Positions 9,345-19,963 of a DNA stretch of 64,000 nucleotides are shown here, one piece after another. Under the pieces are notes generated by a model. It saw nothing but the letters and a program-made list of their open reading frames with translations, was not told where the DNA came from and made no database searches. Source of the stretch: an uncultured archaeon (GTDB lineage Archaea > Asgardarchaeota > Heimdallarchaeia > Heimdallarchaeales > Kariarchaeaceae); assembly GCA_964645535.1 (NCBI GenBank), contig CAZYCQ010000006.1, positions 27,137-91,136 on the forward strand, written 5' to 3'. The position numbers and the translations under genes are program-made. Position 1 is the stretch's first letter. Each line of letters begins with the position of its first letter.

Positions 9345-9369
9345 GAAAATTATCGTTAAAATGCGATTT

Positions 9370-10917
9370 TTATGAAATAAGACCTCTTTTCGCTTTCTCG
9401 TATACCTTGTCTGGATTGGAATAGTAGTCTGCGATTTGGGCACTGACATCCCTGAAGTGACGGATCTGCTTTTTCACCAAATAGCGAAGGACGGTTTCCC
9501 TTTTTTCGATTTCATCCCAGCATTCCTTGTCCGTCATGCCAGTTATGCCTTTGATTTTCTCGATGAGATAAGATCGACCGAAGAAGGTAAAGTTGTCCTT
9601 TGCAGCATTCCATGCATAGACCTTATTGGTGATAATCTGTTTTGTGATTGGATCAAGATCAATGATTTCCGAAATTTCAACGGCTCGTCTTGCGAATTTT
9701 CCTTGGGTCCGAACTTTTTTCTGAATATGGATCAGATCCAATGCTTTGATCATCGCTCGAGGTACGTTCATTGGTGCAGATTCAAGCCTTCCAATAACAC
9801 CTTGAACGCTATCACCGTGGATGGTTCCCATACCGGCGTGACCAGTCGACATGGCTTGGAACAGGGTATATGCTTCTTCACCACGGATTTCACCTACGAT
9901 GATGAAGTCAGGTCTCTGACGCATTGCAGCTCTCAGGAGATCGTACATGGTAATTTCTCCTCGTTGGGTTCCATCAGAGTTCTTGGTTCCGAACCCGCCT
10001 CTTGAAACAGATGGAATCCAGTTTTCTAGACCGATGTTCAATTCAGCAGTATCCTCAATGGAAATGACCTTGAGATCAGGTTTCAGTAACATTGAAAGAG
10101 CATTAAGGAATGAGGTTTTTCCAGCCGCAGTACCTCCAGCAATTAACAATGACATTTGGTGCTCAATAACAAACCAGTAATATGCGGCAATCTTGGAATC
10201 AATGGTATTGGATAGAATCAGATCTGTGATTGTCCATGGATCTGCCCGGAAACGACGGATGGTAAATGTGCTACCTTTTTGAGTCACCTCTCTTCCAAAG
10301 GACATCTGGATACGGGATCCATCAGGAAGTGAGGCATCAAGAAGTGGGTTTGCTATGGAGATATGGCGTCCAGATCTTTGCGCCAATTTGATAATAAAGG
10401 AATCCAGCTCATTTTCATCAGTGAAAACGATGTTTGTGGCCATGGATTCATATTTTCTGTGCCAAACATAGATCGGGACGTTCAACCCATCGCAAGAGAT
10501 ATCCTCAATCATGTGGTCATGGAATAGGGGATCGATGGGGCCATATCCAATAAGATCTCTTTCAATATAATACATCAATTTGTCTTGTACTGGTGCTGGA
10601 ACCTTTAGCCCATACGTCTTCAGGGTATCAGTGACCATTTTCTTTAGATATTCCTGGGCTTTTCCTTCATTGGAAAGGACATTGAAATCAACGTCAAGCT
10701 CCTCTACAAGCACTTCCTTGATGAATTTGTATAGCCGTTCCTCTTCAGGGGTAAGTGGACTTTCCATTACCTGATAATAGGTTCGCTTGCTGACTGGATC
10801 CGTTTGGATAGACGCAAGCGAAAATGGAGGCTTCAATGGATAGTTTTCGAGAAGAAATGGCATTGTAGATTCCAAATCCGAAGTTTGGTCAAAATCGGGT
10901 ACTTCTATCTTGGACAT
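9370..10917 (-). CDS. FlaI/VirB11/GspE-family secretion ATPase (archaeal type IV pilus assembly ATPase)
   Basis: Walker A LLIAGGTAAGKTSFLNAL, Walker B-like KVISIEDTAELN, and GEIRGEEAYTLFQAMSTGHAGMGTIHG. Confidence 0.85.
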   Translation of the reverse strand: MSKIEVPDFDQTSDLESTMPFLLENYPLKPPFSLASIQTDPVSKRTYYQVMESPLTPEEERLYKFIKEVLVEELDVDFNVLSNEGKAQEYLKKMVTDTLKTYGLKVPAPVQDKLMYYIERDLIGYGPIDPLFHDHMIEDISCDGLNVPIYVWHRKYESMATNIVFTDENELDSFIIKLAQRSGRHISIANPLLDASLPDGSRIQMSFGREVTQKGSTFTIRRFRADPWTITDLILSNTIDSKIAAYYWFVIEHQMSLLIAGGTAAGKTSFLNALSMLLKPDLKVISIEDTAELNIGLENWIPSVSRGGFGTKNSDGTQRGEITMYDLLRAAMRQRPDFIIVGEIRGEEAYTLFQAMSTGHAGMGTIHGDSVQGVIGRLESAPMNVPRAMIKALDLIHIQKKVRTQGKFARRAVEISEIIDLDPITKQIITNKVYAWNAAKDNFTFFGRSYLIEKIKGITGMTDKECWDEIEKRETVLRYLVKKQIRHFRDVSAQIADYYSNPDKVYEKAKRGLIS

Positions 10918-11073
10918 AATTCCTCTTCCTTACTATTAAGTAATCATGATCCTTTAAAATGATTTCCAGAAATTCATTCCATGCATTGCTGTGTTTTTTT
11001 TGCTGAAGATTGCTCACCAAGTTCTCCCGAGTAGTAGAACTGATATAAAGATGAATGTTCGAGAACAATTCGG

Positions 11074-12132
11074 ATGGCCACTACTGACCAATACCTTCTC
11101 TCCATAGGTCATATGCTTAAAGATCACCTTGTTGATGAGTTGGAAAAATTCTACAGGCGAAAGGTGAATCATTTCGATATCCATAGCATTCAGTCTCAAG
11201 AACGGTTTGGTGCGACAGGATCTCTGATCATTGCAAAATACAGTATTTCCACGGACATAGGAGATTTTGACAGGCATCTTGCCATCAAGTTCAACCCCTC
11301 GAAAGAAAGTGCTTTAGAGGAATTGAAAAACGCCATTCTTTTAGAAAACCAATTTTTTTCATTTCCCCAGTTTGGAGTTCCGAAAGTCCTCTTCATGTCT
11401 ACTTCAGATCCAAATGTGTTGATCTATGAAGGAATTGAAGGGATAAACTATGATGAAATTGAGGAAAAGGGAAAATTGCCATATCTTGCGGGACAACTTC
11501 TCGCCCTGATCCATGGAGGAGAGATTCGACCGGTTCAGGAGGAGCTATACCGGGATCTTGCCAGAATATTGGGAAGAAAGCTTGCAACTACCGGCAAGGA
11601 GTTGGAAATTTCTCAAGCGATGGGAGGGGCATTCAATACCATTCAACAGGCCTCTTCAGGATGCAATGCTTTTTCCGATTTTCACCAAAGCAACGTAATG
11701 GTGACATTTTCAGATGGAAAACCAATAAAGATGTGGGTCATTGATCCTGAATTCATGCAGGAAGGTTCTTTTGATCGGATGGAGGATGTGGGGACATTTT
11801 TTGGGTTTCAATTTCTCAAGGAATACCAGATTGCAGGTACTTATGAACAGGCCAAGATTGATCTTCTTCAGTTTTTGCGAGGGTATGATTCCATATTCTA
11901 CCAACTTTCGGGCAGGCGCCTTTTCGAGATATATCCTCATGGTTTCCCCATTCAGTTCTTCATTGCATTTTGGGTTCTCATGGACGGCTTGGATCTAGCA
12001 GAAAACCGATTGAATGATCCAACATTCAGCCATCCTGAAATACAGGATAGAATTGATTTTGCTTTGAAATTCTTGAGAGATCAAAGTTTCATCAATTTCA
12101 TCAATAAAGAAATGACTAAGAAATTAGGTTAA
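11074..12132 (+). CDS. protein kinase-like fold phosphotransferase (APH/ChoK-like family)
   Basis: FSDFHQSNVMV resembles the HxDxxxxN catalytic loop and WVIDPEF resembles the IDxE/DFG-equivalent. Weak assignment by eye. Confidence 0.45.
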   Translation: MATTDQYLLSIGHMLKDHLVDELEKFYRRKVNHFDIHSIQSQERFGATGSLIIAKYSISTDIGDFDRHLAIKFNPSKESALEELKNAILLENQFFSFPQFGVPKVLFMSTSDPNVLIYEGIEGINYDEIEEKGKLPYLAGQLLALIHGGEIRPVQEELYRDLARILGRKLATTGKELEISQAMGGAFNTIQQASSGCNAFSDFHQSNVMVTFSDGKPIKMWVIDPEFMQEGSFDRMEDVGTFFGFQFLKEYQIAGTYEQAKIDLLQFLRGYDSIFYQLSGRRLFEIYPHGFPIQFFIAFWVLMDGLDLAENRLNDPTFSHPEIQDRIDFALKFLRDQSFINFINKEMTKKLG

Positions 12133-13563
12133 ATTGATTCGTGGGAAGCTCTGCAATCTAGGACGAATTTTCGGAATAATTCCAAGCCTTTCCAAAAGAC
12201 CGACACGTCCAGGTTGCAGAAGGTAGAAATCTCTTGCGAGTTCAGGATCAAGGACGTATCTTCCATCAAAAACAATTTTGTTCGAGAGCAACAAGGGATT
12301 GAGTTCCTTAAATTCCTGATGGTCAGTCACAATGATTACGATGCTTGCCCAATCCAAGGCCTTTTCCAATGACTGATCTTCAAATCCGATGCCATTTCCA
12401 AAGAGGCGGTCAATTTCTTCGGCAGAATAGAGGGGATCAAAGATTTTAACTCCCAACGGATTTTTTTCTCTTACCAGAGGTAACAATCTGAGTGTGGGAG
12501 AGAGGCGGTGTTCTTTTACTCCTCCTCGATAGGCCAAACCTAGAACCAGCACATTTCTCTTCCAATCAGGTGTTACAAGATCAATCATATCGAGGGCATA
12601 CTCGACCATGTAGTCATTTGTCAATCTTCCTTCCACAAAGATTGTGGGAAGAAACTCATTTTCCTTCCCTTTTTGGATGACAAAATGTGGATAGACAGGA
12701 ATGCAATGACCTCCAACTCCGATACCGGGGGTGTGAATATGCGAGAAGGGTTCGGTATTTGCAACCTGTATAACTTCAAGAATGTCCACTCCTAGGCTGT
12801 CAGCAAGAATTGCCAATTGGTTGGCAATAGCGATATTGGCATCTCGATAGGCACCCTTGAAGGTTTTTATGGCTTCTGCCGTTGTTGCATCAGAAACCTG
12901 GATGACTCCCTTGACAACAAATTGTTCGTAAAGAATTTTAGCGAGTTCTCCACTTCTCTTATCGACACCACCAACAATTTTCGGATAATTCTCTTCAATA
13001 TCCTTTATCGCCCTTCCCGAAAAAGTCCTTTCTGGAGCAAAAACCAGTCCAAAGTCGGAACCGATTCGATATCCCTGTTCTTCAAGGTATGGAGCAATGA
13101 CCTCAGCAGTGGTTTTTGGAGGCAGAGTGCTTTCCTGAATGAAAACGGCGCCCTTTGGAGCCATTTGCGCAAGATTGCGGTATGTCTCAAGCAATCCATC
13201 CAAAGCAGCATTTCCGTGGTCGTCTGTAAGTACAGGAATGATAATCACAATGAATGAGGTACCATCTACCGCTTCCCCTACATCAGTGGTGGCATGGAAG
13301 AGTCCTTTCTTCACGGCTTGTTGCAATCTTTCAGGAACTTGGGGTTCATCAATGATTGTTTCTCCCCGGTTCAGCATTTCCACAGTTTCAGGGACGATGT
13401 CAAGCCCTTTGACATTGAATCCTGCATTGGTGAAAACAGTAGCCAAAGGAAGACCCATTTTGCCAAGCCCGACCACTGTCACCGTTACATCCCGGGCTTC
13501 AATCTTTCGTCTTGCTTCTTCTAGATTGACCGTAAGAATGGACACAATTGGAGATAGGAACAA
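12124..13563 (-). CDS. nucleotide-sugar dehydrogenase (UDP-glucose / UDP-ManNAc dehydrogenase family)
   Basis: NAD-binding VTVVGLGKMGLPLATVF and the catalytic Cys motif GVGGHCIPVYP. Confidence 0.85.
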   Translation of the reverse strand: MFLSPIVSILTVNLEEARRKIEARDVTVTVVGLGKMGLPLATVFTNAGFNVKGLDIVPETVEMLNRGETIIDEPQVPERLQQAVKKGLFHATTDVGEAVDGTSFIVIIIPVLTDDHGNAALDGLLETYRNLAQMAPKGAVFIQESTLPPKTTAEVIAPYLEEQGYRIGSDFGLVFAPERTFSGRAIKDIEENYPKIVGGVDKRSGELAKILYEQFVVKGVIQVSDATTAEAIKTFKGAYRDANIAIANQLAILADSLGVDILEVIQVANTEPFSHIHTPGIGVGGHCIPVYPHFVIQKGKENEFLPTIFVEGRLTNDYMVEYALDMIDLVTPDWKRNVLVLGLAYRGGVKEHRLSPTLRLLPLVREKNPLGVKIFDPLYSAEEIDRLFGNGIGFEDQSLEKALDWASIVIIVTDHQEFKELNPLLLSNKIVFDGRYVLDPELARDFYLLQPGRVGLLERLGIIPKIRPRLQSFPRINLT

Positions 13564-13592
13564 TTCATATTAAATCTTTAGAATTTGTTCTT

Positions 13593-13871
13593 TCAATAGC
13601 GGATTTCAAAGGAACCAAATTTTTCCCCCTCATTGGGATCAAGATTGGTTACTTCAACCACATCCACCTTTGCCCTCTTGGGACCTACTTTTGCCCATTC
13701 GATGAACCTGTTCACCGCTTCATCATCTCCATATACCTCGGCTTCAACATCCCCATTTGGAAGATTTCGGACATAGCCAAAGACACCAAGCCTATCTGCC
13801 TCGATTTTTGCGGACTTTCTATAGAACACTCCTTGGACAATTCCGGATATTCTGAGTTTTACCCGTTTCAT
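13593..13871 (-). CDS. acyP: acylphosphatase
   Basis: 92 aa with GIVQGVFYR and GYVRNLPNGDVE, the canonical acylphosphatase signatures. Confidence 0.85.
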   Translation of the reverse strand: MKRVKLRISGIVQGVFYRKSAKIEADRLGVFGYVRNLPNGDVEAEVYGDDEAVNRFIEWAKVGPKRAKVDVVEVTNLDPNEGEKFGSFEIRY

Positions 13872-13993
13872 TAATCAAATTAGCAGAGGATACCTATTTA
13901 GGATTTTCCCCTTTTCAAAGATTACCGGTTCACTCAAACTAAAACCTGTTGATTATGGGAAAAATTAAGAGATTTGAATGAAAGGAAGGAATA

Positions 13994-15352
13994 ATGAATG
14001 TTGACCATATATTCCGAGCTTACGACATTAGGGGGATCGTTGGCGAGGATTTGACGGAGGAAGTAATTAATCGCATTGGAAAGGCCTTTGCAGTTTTCAT
14101 CAGGAAGCGGGGTCATGATGTCGTGGCTGTTGGAGGCGACATAAGAGGAACCACATCGGAACTTCAACGGTCTCTTATTAATGGGATCACCGAAATGGGA
14201 GTCAATGTCCATCTTGTGGAGACGGGCCCCTTGGGATTGGCTCTCTTTGAATCCTTCGATCGAAAACTTGGAGCAAGTGCTTTTGTTACAGCTTCCCATC
14301 TCCCACCTGAATGGAACGGAGTTAAGTTCTATTGGGGGGAGGGAATAGGCTTTTCTCCTGAGGAAAACGAAGAAATCCACGACTTGTTCAGACAAAATGA
14401 ATTTGCCCCTGCTGAGAAACAGGGAACTGTCGAAAAGGTCTCCACTTACCAAAGATATGTAGAATATCTGAAAGATAAGTTTGCTTTCGAAAAAGATCAT
14501 GTGATCGGTGTTGATTGCGGCAATGGGGCAACTTCAGTCATAATGCCCCAACTTTTTGAGGATCTAGGATTCAAGGTTTACTCCATATTCGACGAGCCTG
14601 ACCCCACCTTTCCCAACAGAACATCGGAACCAAATGCAGAATCTCTCAAGAAATTTGGAGAATTCCTGAAAACAAAGACAGTTGAATTTGGGGCGGGATT
14701 TGATGGAGATGGAGACAGATGCGTTTTCACAGACGAAAATGGACAGGTCATTCCATCAGACAATGCTGGACTAATCATTGCAGAATATCTTGTCAAAACC
14801 AGTGGCAACCCCAGAGTCATCATCAATGAGGAATGCAGCAAAATTGTTGAAGATGAGCTTAAAAAAATGGGTGCTGAGGTTAAACGAATACGAGTTGGGC
14901 ATTCATTCCTTTCTTTGGAGGCAAAGGCAACTAATTCGATCTGGGGAATTGAGGCTTCAGGCCATGCAGTTGCACCTGAAATCTTTCTTTTCGACGATGC
15001 CCTTATACTCCCCTTGCTTATGGCAAAGGCTTTGGAATATCATGGAAAACCCCTTTCCGAACTGAATTCGAAAATCCCTTCCAGCGTTCGACAGCGATTT
15101 GACTTGAAATGCAATGATTCAGTCAAGTTCGAGTTGGTGGAAAAGCTTACCAAAATTTACAAGGAAAGGTATGCTCAAGTCAGCACTCTTGATGGAGTAT
15201 CTGTTACCTTGCCTGAAGGGAGAGTTCTTGTCAGAGTATCCAATACTAGTCCAAAAATACGCGTGACTGTTGAAGCCCTGAATCAGGAAGATTTTGAAAA
15301 CCTTCAAAAACGGTTCCTGCCAGAAATCCAAGACATGATCAATGGTTCTTGA
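13994..15352 (+). CDS. phosphoglucomutase/phosphomannomutase family protein (paralog 1)
   Basis: IFRAYDIRG, phosphoserine loop VTASHLPPEWNGVKF, metal loop GFDGDGDRCVF, and LVRVSNTSPKIRV. Confidence 0.85.
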   Translation: MNVDHIFRAYDIRGIVGEDLTEEVINRIGKAFAVFIRKRGHDVVAVGGDIRGTTSELQRSLINGITEMGVNVHLVETGPLGLALFESFDRKLGASAFVTASHLPPEWNGVKFYWGEGIGFSPEENEEIHDLFRQNEFAPAEKQGTVEKVSTYQRYVEYLKDKFAFEKDHVIGVDCGNGATSVIMPQLFEDLGFKVYSIFDEPDPTFPNRTSEPNAESLKKFGEFLKTKTVEFGAGFDGDGDRCVFTDENGQVIPSDNAGLIIAEYLVKTSGNPRVIINEECSKIVEDELKKMGAEVKRIRVGHSFLSLEAKATNSIWGIEASGHAVAPEIFLFDDALILPLLMAKALEYHGKPLSELNSKIPSSVRQRFDLKCNDSVKFELVEKLTKIYKERYAQVSTLDGVSVTLPEGRVLVRVSNTSPKIRVTVEALNQEDFENLQKRFLPEIQDMINGS

Positions 15353-15734
15353 TTGGTTGATTGAATTCCAAGAGATTGCCGGACGGGTCTCTCAAATGAA
15401 ATGTCCGGACTGACCAGTCCGGTCGATCCGTAGGATCCGAAAGAAGCACAATTCCATTTTCCTTGAATCGGTTTGCAAGGGAATCAACATCATCAGTCCG
15501 GAAAATAACCGCGATAGGGTCAGAACATTCATGGCATTTGGATTCATCTTTTAAGCCCAATGCCTGCTCCATCTTCTCTCGATCGAAGATTGCAAGAGTT
15601 GCACCTTCAGTGGAAAATTCAGCGTATTTGTTGGCATCATCGACAAATCGCACCTCAAACCCAAGCTTGTCTCGATAGAATGTAACCATTTCATCAAAAC
15701 AATCAGTTAGGAGACGAACATAGTTCAGGTTCAT
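15339..15734 (-). CDS. VOC/glyoxalase-bleomycin resistance family protein
   Basis: 131 aa. The pattern FYRDKLGFEV...ATLAIF...VRTFHLRDPSGNLLEF is typical of paired beta-alpha-beta-beta-beta modules. Confidence 0.6.
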   Translation of the reverse strand: MNLNYVRLLTDCFDEMVTFYRDKLGFEVRFVDDANKYAEFSTEGATLAIFDREKMEQALGLKDESKCHECSDPIAVIFRTDDVDSLANRFKENGIVLLSDPTDRPDWSVRTFHLRDPSGNLLEFNQPIKNH

Positions 15735-15990
15735 GGTCTATATTGGCACGTACCTCTTCAAATGGTTTTTTACAATCATTCAAATTCCCGCTAAAAAAAC
15801 TCCTGCATCTTGGGTGTCTCAGAAACGCAAGATTTTGGAAAAGAAATACTGATTCGCAAAAGTGTTAATATGTGGGGGGAGGGAGGGAAGCCCCGTAAAA
15901 AAATTATCGGAGCTTCCAATTGTATTATGTCATCACACCTTATTATACCTTTTGTTATCAAATGAACTTTCTGTCGAGTTTGCGGCAATA

Positions 15991-16809
15991 TCAAGTCCTT
16001 TGGTAGATCACGGAAATCCATCTTTGCAGAGTCCCTGCCTTCATTCCTTCACGTGCTTCAGGTAGGAAGTCAATTTCCATCACCTCTTCCATAGCCTTAT
16101 CTTCAGGAATCCCTTCATTCCGTAGCTTTTCACCAAGGTCAATGATCTTGCCCATGTATTCATGGTATGTCTTGATAACCTCAAGTGTATCTACAGGAGA
16201 CCCATGACCTGGAATGACCCATTCGGGGCGAATCTCAAGGATTCTCTCCATTGCAGATTTCCAATCATAAGGTGAGGCAGTTGGGTCTCCACCCCATGGA
16301 AATCGTCCTACAAACAGGTTATCCCCTGCAAAAATAACATTATCCGTTTTGAGATGAATAAGTACAGAGCCAGAAGTATGTCCCCCTGTATGGATTATTT
16401 CCACATTGTCGATTTCTTCTGGAACAAAGGGATTAGTTGAAAAGACCCTGCTTGGAGGGGTCGGCTCAAGATCAAGGAACTGTTCATCCTGCTTCCTGAC
16501 TCTGTCAAGGAATTCTTCAGTCATGTAATTTTTTTCAAAATTCTGGAGAGCCAACTGATGACCATACATCGGCACGTCATGAAAAACCTGGCTCCCACCG
16601 GTATGGTCGAAGTGGTAATGGGTGAATACCCCACCCAACAATTGTCCTCCCCTAATGGTTTCAAGCGATTGACGAATCTCGCGTGCCACCTTGGGATACA
16701 TGGATGTATCAATCAGAAATTTCCCGGATTCCAAGGCAATAAGACCGACATTTCCGACGGTACTTCCATCGGTGATGGCATAGACGTTTTCAGTCACTTT
16801 TTCGAACAT
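15991..16809 (-). CDS. MBL-fold metallo-hydrolase
   Basis: HxHxDH motif THYHFDHTGG. Start placed at the internal MFEKVTENVYAI (ATG at 16809) because MBL proteins begin about there; the 51-codon upstream extension in the track looks non-coding. Confidence 0.7.
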   Translation of the reverse strand: MFEKVTENVYAITDGSTVGNVGLIALESGKFLIDTSMYPKVAREIRQSLETIRGGQLLGGVFTHYHFDHTGGSQVFHDVPMYGHQLALQNFEKNYMTEEFLDRVRKQDEQFLDLEPTPPSRVFSTNPFVPEEIDNVEIIHTGGHTSGSVLIHLKTDNVIFAGDNLFVGRFPWGGDPTASPYDWKSAMERILEIRPEWVIPGHGSPVDTLEVIKTYHEYMGKIIDLGEKLRNEGIPEDKAMEEVMEIDFLPEAREGMKAGTLQRWISVIYQRT

Positions 16810-16984
16810 AATGAGCCATGATTGATGCAAATGATAAAAATGATTGGCTTGAGGTAAAAAAGCACCAATATTTAGTGGAAAACAATCAATTGGACGAGAT
16901 CCAAATTCATCACCACTATTCCGAAAATGCATAAGCGAAAATTTGTGGTCTTGATTCAGCATTTAATTTGAAATGTATTAGTGT

Positions 16985-18703
16985 GTGATTGTGACTCAAA
17001 AGGGACTGGGAAAACACTTTGTCGTGTTGATTATTGTGATAGGTGCAGGATACTTCTTGGCGCCACAGGAAATGGAAGAAGGAAAGTATTCCTCCTCATT
17101 TATCCTTGATGGAAAAAAAGTTCAGGACATCTCTTTCATGGTCAGCAGCTTGAAGAGCAGCAAAACAACCACTGCACGGTTCAATATTTCATCAACGACA
17201 TTTGAGATTACCTATCTGGAAACCTATGCTAACGACCTAGGATCAAAAATTTGGTTTTCGGTGAGGGTTTTTAGCTTAAACGCCGATATCAGCAAAGAAT
17301 ATCGTGAAAGACTAAACCTGAGGGTTGAAGGATCCAATGAATTTGCCATCACACTTGCACCAAAATATACAGGCACAATTGATTTTAGTTTCCGAGTTCT
17401 TAGATATTCACAGATCATCCTGCCTCTTCTCATGGCAATTGCTTACCTATGGTTGACTGAACTCATTCCCCTCTCTGCCGCATCCCTCATTGTGCCGGCA
17501 GTCATAATCATTTTCGACATTGATACATCAACATCAGCTCTATCTCCCTTTTTCTCGAAAATTATTGTCCTCTTTTTTTCAGGGTTTCTCCTTGCTAAAG
17601 CAATGCAACGGGTAAAGCTAGATGAATATTTATCATTGCTCATCCTCTCCAAGATACCACCAAACGGAAACATTTTACTGTTAATTCTCATGAGCTTGAC
17701 TGCCTTTTTTTCAATGTTCATGAGCAATACCGCGGCTGCCGCTGTTCTTATCCCACTTTCGCAATCACTATTGGGAAAAATCGATGAAGATCATGAGACC
17801 TTTCAAAAAGTGACAGTGCTAGGCATCGCCTACGCCGCAACCATGGGAGGCATTGGATCACTTATTGGAACACCACCAAACCTGATGGCGGTAGAGTTTG
17901 TCTCTTCATATGAAGGTGTCGAAATCGGTTTTCTTGATTGGTTCTTTTTTGGATTGCCTGTCATGATGGTTATGATACCTATAATCTATCTTTACCTCAG
18001 ATGGAAGTACAAACCGACAATTTCACGAAATGCGTTGAAAGAAACAAAGAGAACCGCACTTCTCACCTTAAAGGAACATCATAAATTTTCAAAAGATCAA
18101 TGGATTGTGTCAATCGTGTTCATCGGAATTGTTGGGTTTTGGCTAACAGAGCAGTTCCATAACATCCATGCAGGAATTATCGCCTTGATCGCGGCAATCG
18201 TCCTGTTTTTTGCAGGACAGATACAGGAAGAGGACGTCAATTCAATCAACTGGAATGTTCTTCTTACTTTTGGTGGAGGAATCTCTCTCGGCTCGATCGT
18301 TCTGAAATCAGGACTTGCAGAATGGTTTGCCTCATTGTTCATTTCACTTAAAGGAAGTCCAATATGGTTGATCCTCCTCAGTCTCGGAATTTTCGCCCTA
18401 ATTCTCACTGCTTTTGCTTCAAACACCGCTTCAGCAGCCATCCTTATTCCAATTGCAATGCCTATTGGTAATCTCTTCGGATTGAACCCTGTAACCTTGG
18501 CAATCTATATTGCAATCGTCTGCTCTGTCGATTTCGCAATTGTCATAGGCACTCCAACAACCCTGCTTGCATATAGTACTGGAATGTTCAAGGTCAAGGA
18601 GATTTTTCAAATCGGCATCATATTGGATCTAATAGGCCTGATCCTAACTTGGACTATGGCCGCATTGCTATTTGAACTGAGTTTCCAAATCCTCTTTCCA
18701 TAG
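16985..18703 (+). CDS. DASS (divalent anion:Na+ symporter, SLC13-like) family transporter with a ~140-aa N-terminal extension
   Basis: Two hairpin-tip SNT motifs (MSNTAAAAVLIPL and ASNTASAAILIPIA), many TM helices, GTG start. Confidence 0.7.
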   Translation: MIVTQKGLGKHFVVLIIVIGAGYFLAPQEMEEGKYSSSFILDGKKVQDISFMVSSLKSSKTTTARFNISSTTFEITYLETYANDLGSKIWFSVRVFSLNADISKEYRERLNLRVEGSNEFAITLAPKYTGTIDFSFRVLRYSQIILPLLMAIAYLWLTELIPLSAASLIVPAVIIIFDIDTSTSALSPFFSKIIVLFFSGFLLAKAMQRVKLDEYLSLLILSKIPPNGNILLLILMSLTAFFSMFMSNTAAAAVLIPLSQSLLGKIDEDHETFQKVTVLGIAYAATMGGIGSLIGTPPNLMAVEFVSSYEGVEIGFLDWFFFGLPVMMVMIPIIYLYLRWKYKPTISRNALKETKRTALLTLKEHHKFSKDQWIVSIVFIGIVGFWLTEQFHNIHAGIIALIAAIVLFFAGQIQEEDVNSINWNVLLTFGGGISLGSIVLKSGLAEWFASLFISLKGSPIWLILLSLGIFALILTAFASNTASAAILIPIAMPIGNLFGLNPVTLAIYIAIVCSVDFAIVIGTPTTLLAYSTGMFKVKEIFQIGIILDLIGLILTWTMAALLFELSFQILFP

Positions 18704-18757
18704 TCATCATTGCAGCAGAAGAGCAAAAGACTATGTTTTATATTCAATGTCAGAACC

Positions 18758-19963
18758 ATGATTGTGAAAACCTTCCCCAAAATGGTCAAATGGGAAGAAG
18801 CTATGCAACTGATTTCCTCCCATATTCGACCAATTGCTGATGAAGAACCAATCTCCATCAATGATGCATATGGACGAATAGCAAGCAGAAACGTCACTGC
18901 AACCCGACAGATCCCAGCATTCCCCATGTCCCTCGTCGACGGATTTGCAGTCGCAGATGACTCTGGAGAATGGACAATTGTAGGAGAAGTCAAGATCGGA
19001 AAACAGCACCAGATCAAACTCGAAGAAGGACAATGTGCACGAATCGCAACAGGTGGGATAGTACCCGAAGGAACATACGCCATTCTCAAAATAGAGGACG
19101 TTCAATTGACACAAACAGAAACACAAGGAACTGTCATCTATTCAAAAGAAATCAAAAAAGGAAATGAATTCGTCCCGGCAGGAAGTGACATTCCCTTGGG
19201 AAAAACCATACTCAAACACGGCCAACGAATTGGCTTCAAAGAAATCACAGTACTATCCGCCCAAGGACATCCCGCAGTCTTCGTCAAACGAAAACCAAGA
19301 ATCTTCCTGATCATCACTGGTCATGAAATCAAACCCCCAGGAGTAGAGCTGCAACATGGTGAAACATACGATTCCACATCGGCAATGCTACGGGCACTTG
19401 TCACACGCCTAGGAGCAGAAATTCTTGAAGTCATCTATGTGGGAGAAGACGTCGATTCAATCAGAGCCGCTCTAGGACAGTCAATGCCCATCGCAGACCT
19501 CATCATAACAACAGGAGGAACATCGGTAGGAAAGGCAGACAACGTCGCAAAAACAATCGAAATGCTCGGTCAAATCATCTTCCATGGAATGAACGTCCGA
19601 CCAGGAAAACCAATGCTCTTCGGAATGATTGAAGGAACACCAATCCTAGGATTCCCGGGATTTGTAACCTCAAGCCTCGTCATGGCTCACCTTCTCCTCC
19701 CAAAAGTCATTGCAGACCTCTATGGAATCCCTCCCATCGAATTGAAACAAACTCAAGTCCAACTGGCAAATGATATCAAAGGATACCTAGGATGGAACCG
19801 TATCATCCCAGGAAAAATCATCCAAGGAAAATTCCACTCAACTTTCAAAACAAGCGCAGCACTAAGCAGCTTCGCAGAATCTCAAGGATATATCCACCTG
19901 AAACCGGACGAGGAGATCGCAAGAAAAGGAGAAACCAGACTGTTCACCCACTTCATCAAATGA
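18758..19963 (+). CDS. moeA: molybdopterin molybdenumtransferase MoeA
   Basis: MoeA-like layout with TTGGTSVGKAD and NVRPGKPMLFG. The first ATG at 18758 is preferred over the TTG at 18710. Confidence 0.8.
   Translation: MIVKTFPKMVKWEEAMQLISSHIRPIADEEPISINDAYGRIASRNVTATRQIPAFPMSLVDGFAVADDSGEWTIVGEVKIGKQHQIKLEEGQCARIATGGIVPEGTYAILKIEDVQLTQTETQGTVIYSKEIKKGNEFVPAGSDIPLGKTILKHGQRIGFKEITVLSAQGHPAVFVKRKPRIFLIITGHEIKPPGVELQHGETYDSTSAMLRALVTRLGAEILEVIYVGEDVDSIRAALGQSMPIADLIITTGGTSVGKADNVAKTIEMLGQIIFHGMNVRPGKPMLFGMIEGTPILGFPGFVTSSLVMAHLLLPKVIADLYGIPPIELKQTQVQLANDIKGYLGWNRIIPGKIIQGKFHSTFKTSAALSSFAESQGYIHLKPDEEIARKGETRLFTHFIK

Noticed and set aside
15872-15894. G-rich tract GTGGGGGGAGGGAGGGAAGCCCC as a possible G-quadruplex
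   Set aside because: Only three clean G3 runs can be separated by loops, because the G6 run cannot supply two tracts with a loop for a three-tetrad fold. It is a single occurrence in a 256-bp spacer with no other supporting signal.
16810-16962. N-terminal extensions of tracked ORFs (MBL hydrolase; also 22888..23010, 40160..40312, 53232..53321, 58445..58468, 18710..18757)
   Set aside because: The extensions precede the point where the recognised families normally begin, have odd composition, and in several cases overlap the divergent neighbour. Internal ATGs were used instead. These start calls remain uncertain.
18607-19126. Two minus-strand ORFs (160 and 131 aa) overlapping the start of moeA
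   Set aside because: Both are antisense to a clearly recognisable MoeA gene and have Cys/Ser-rich implausible sequences.
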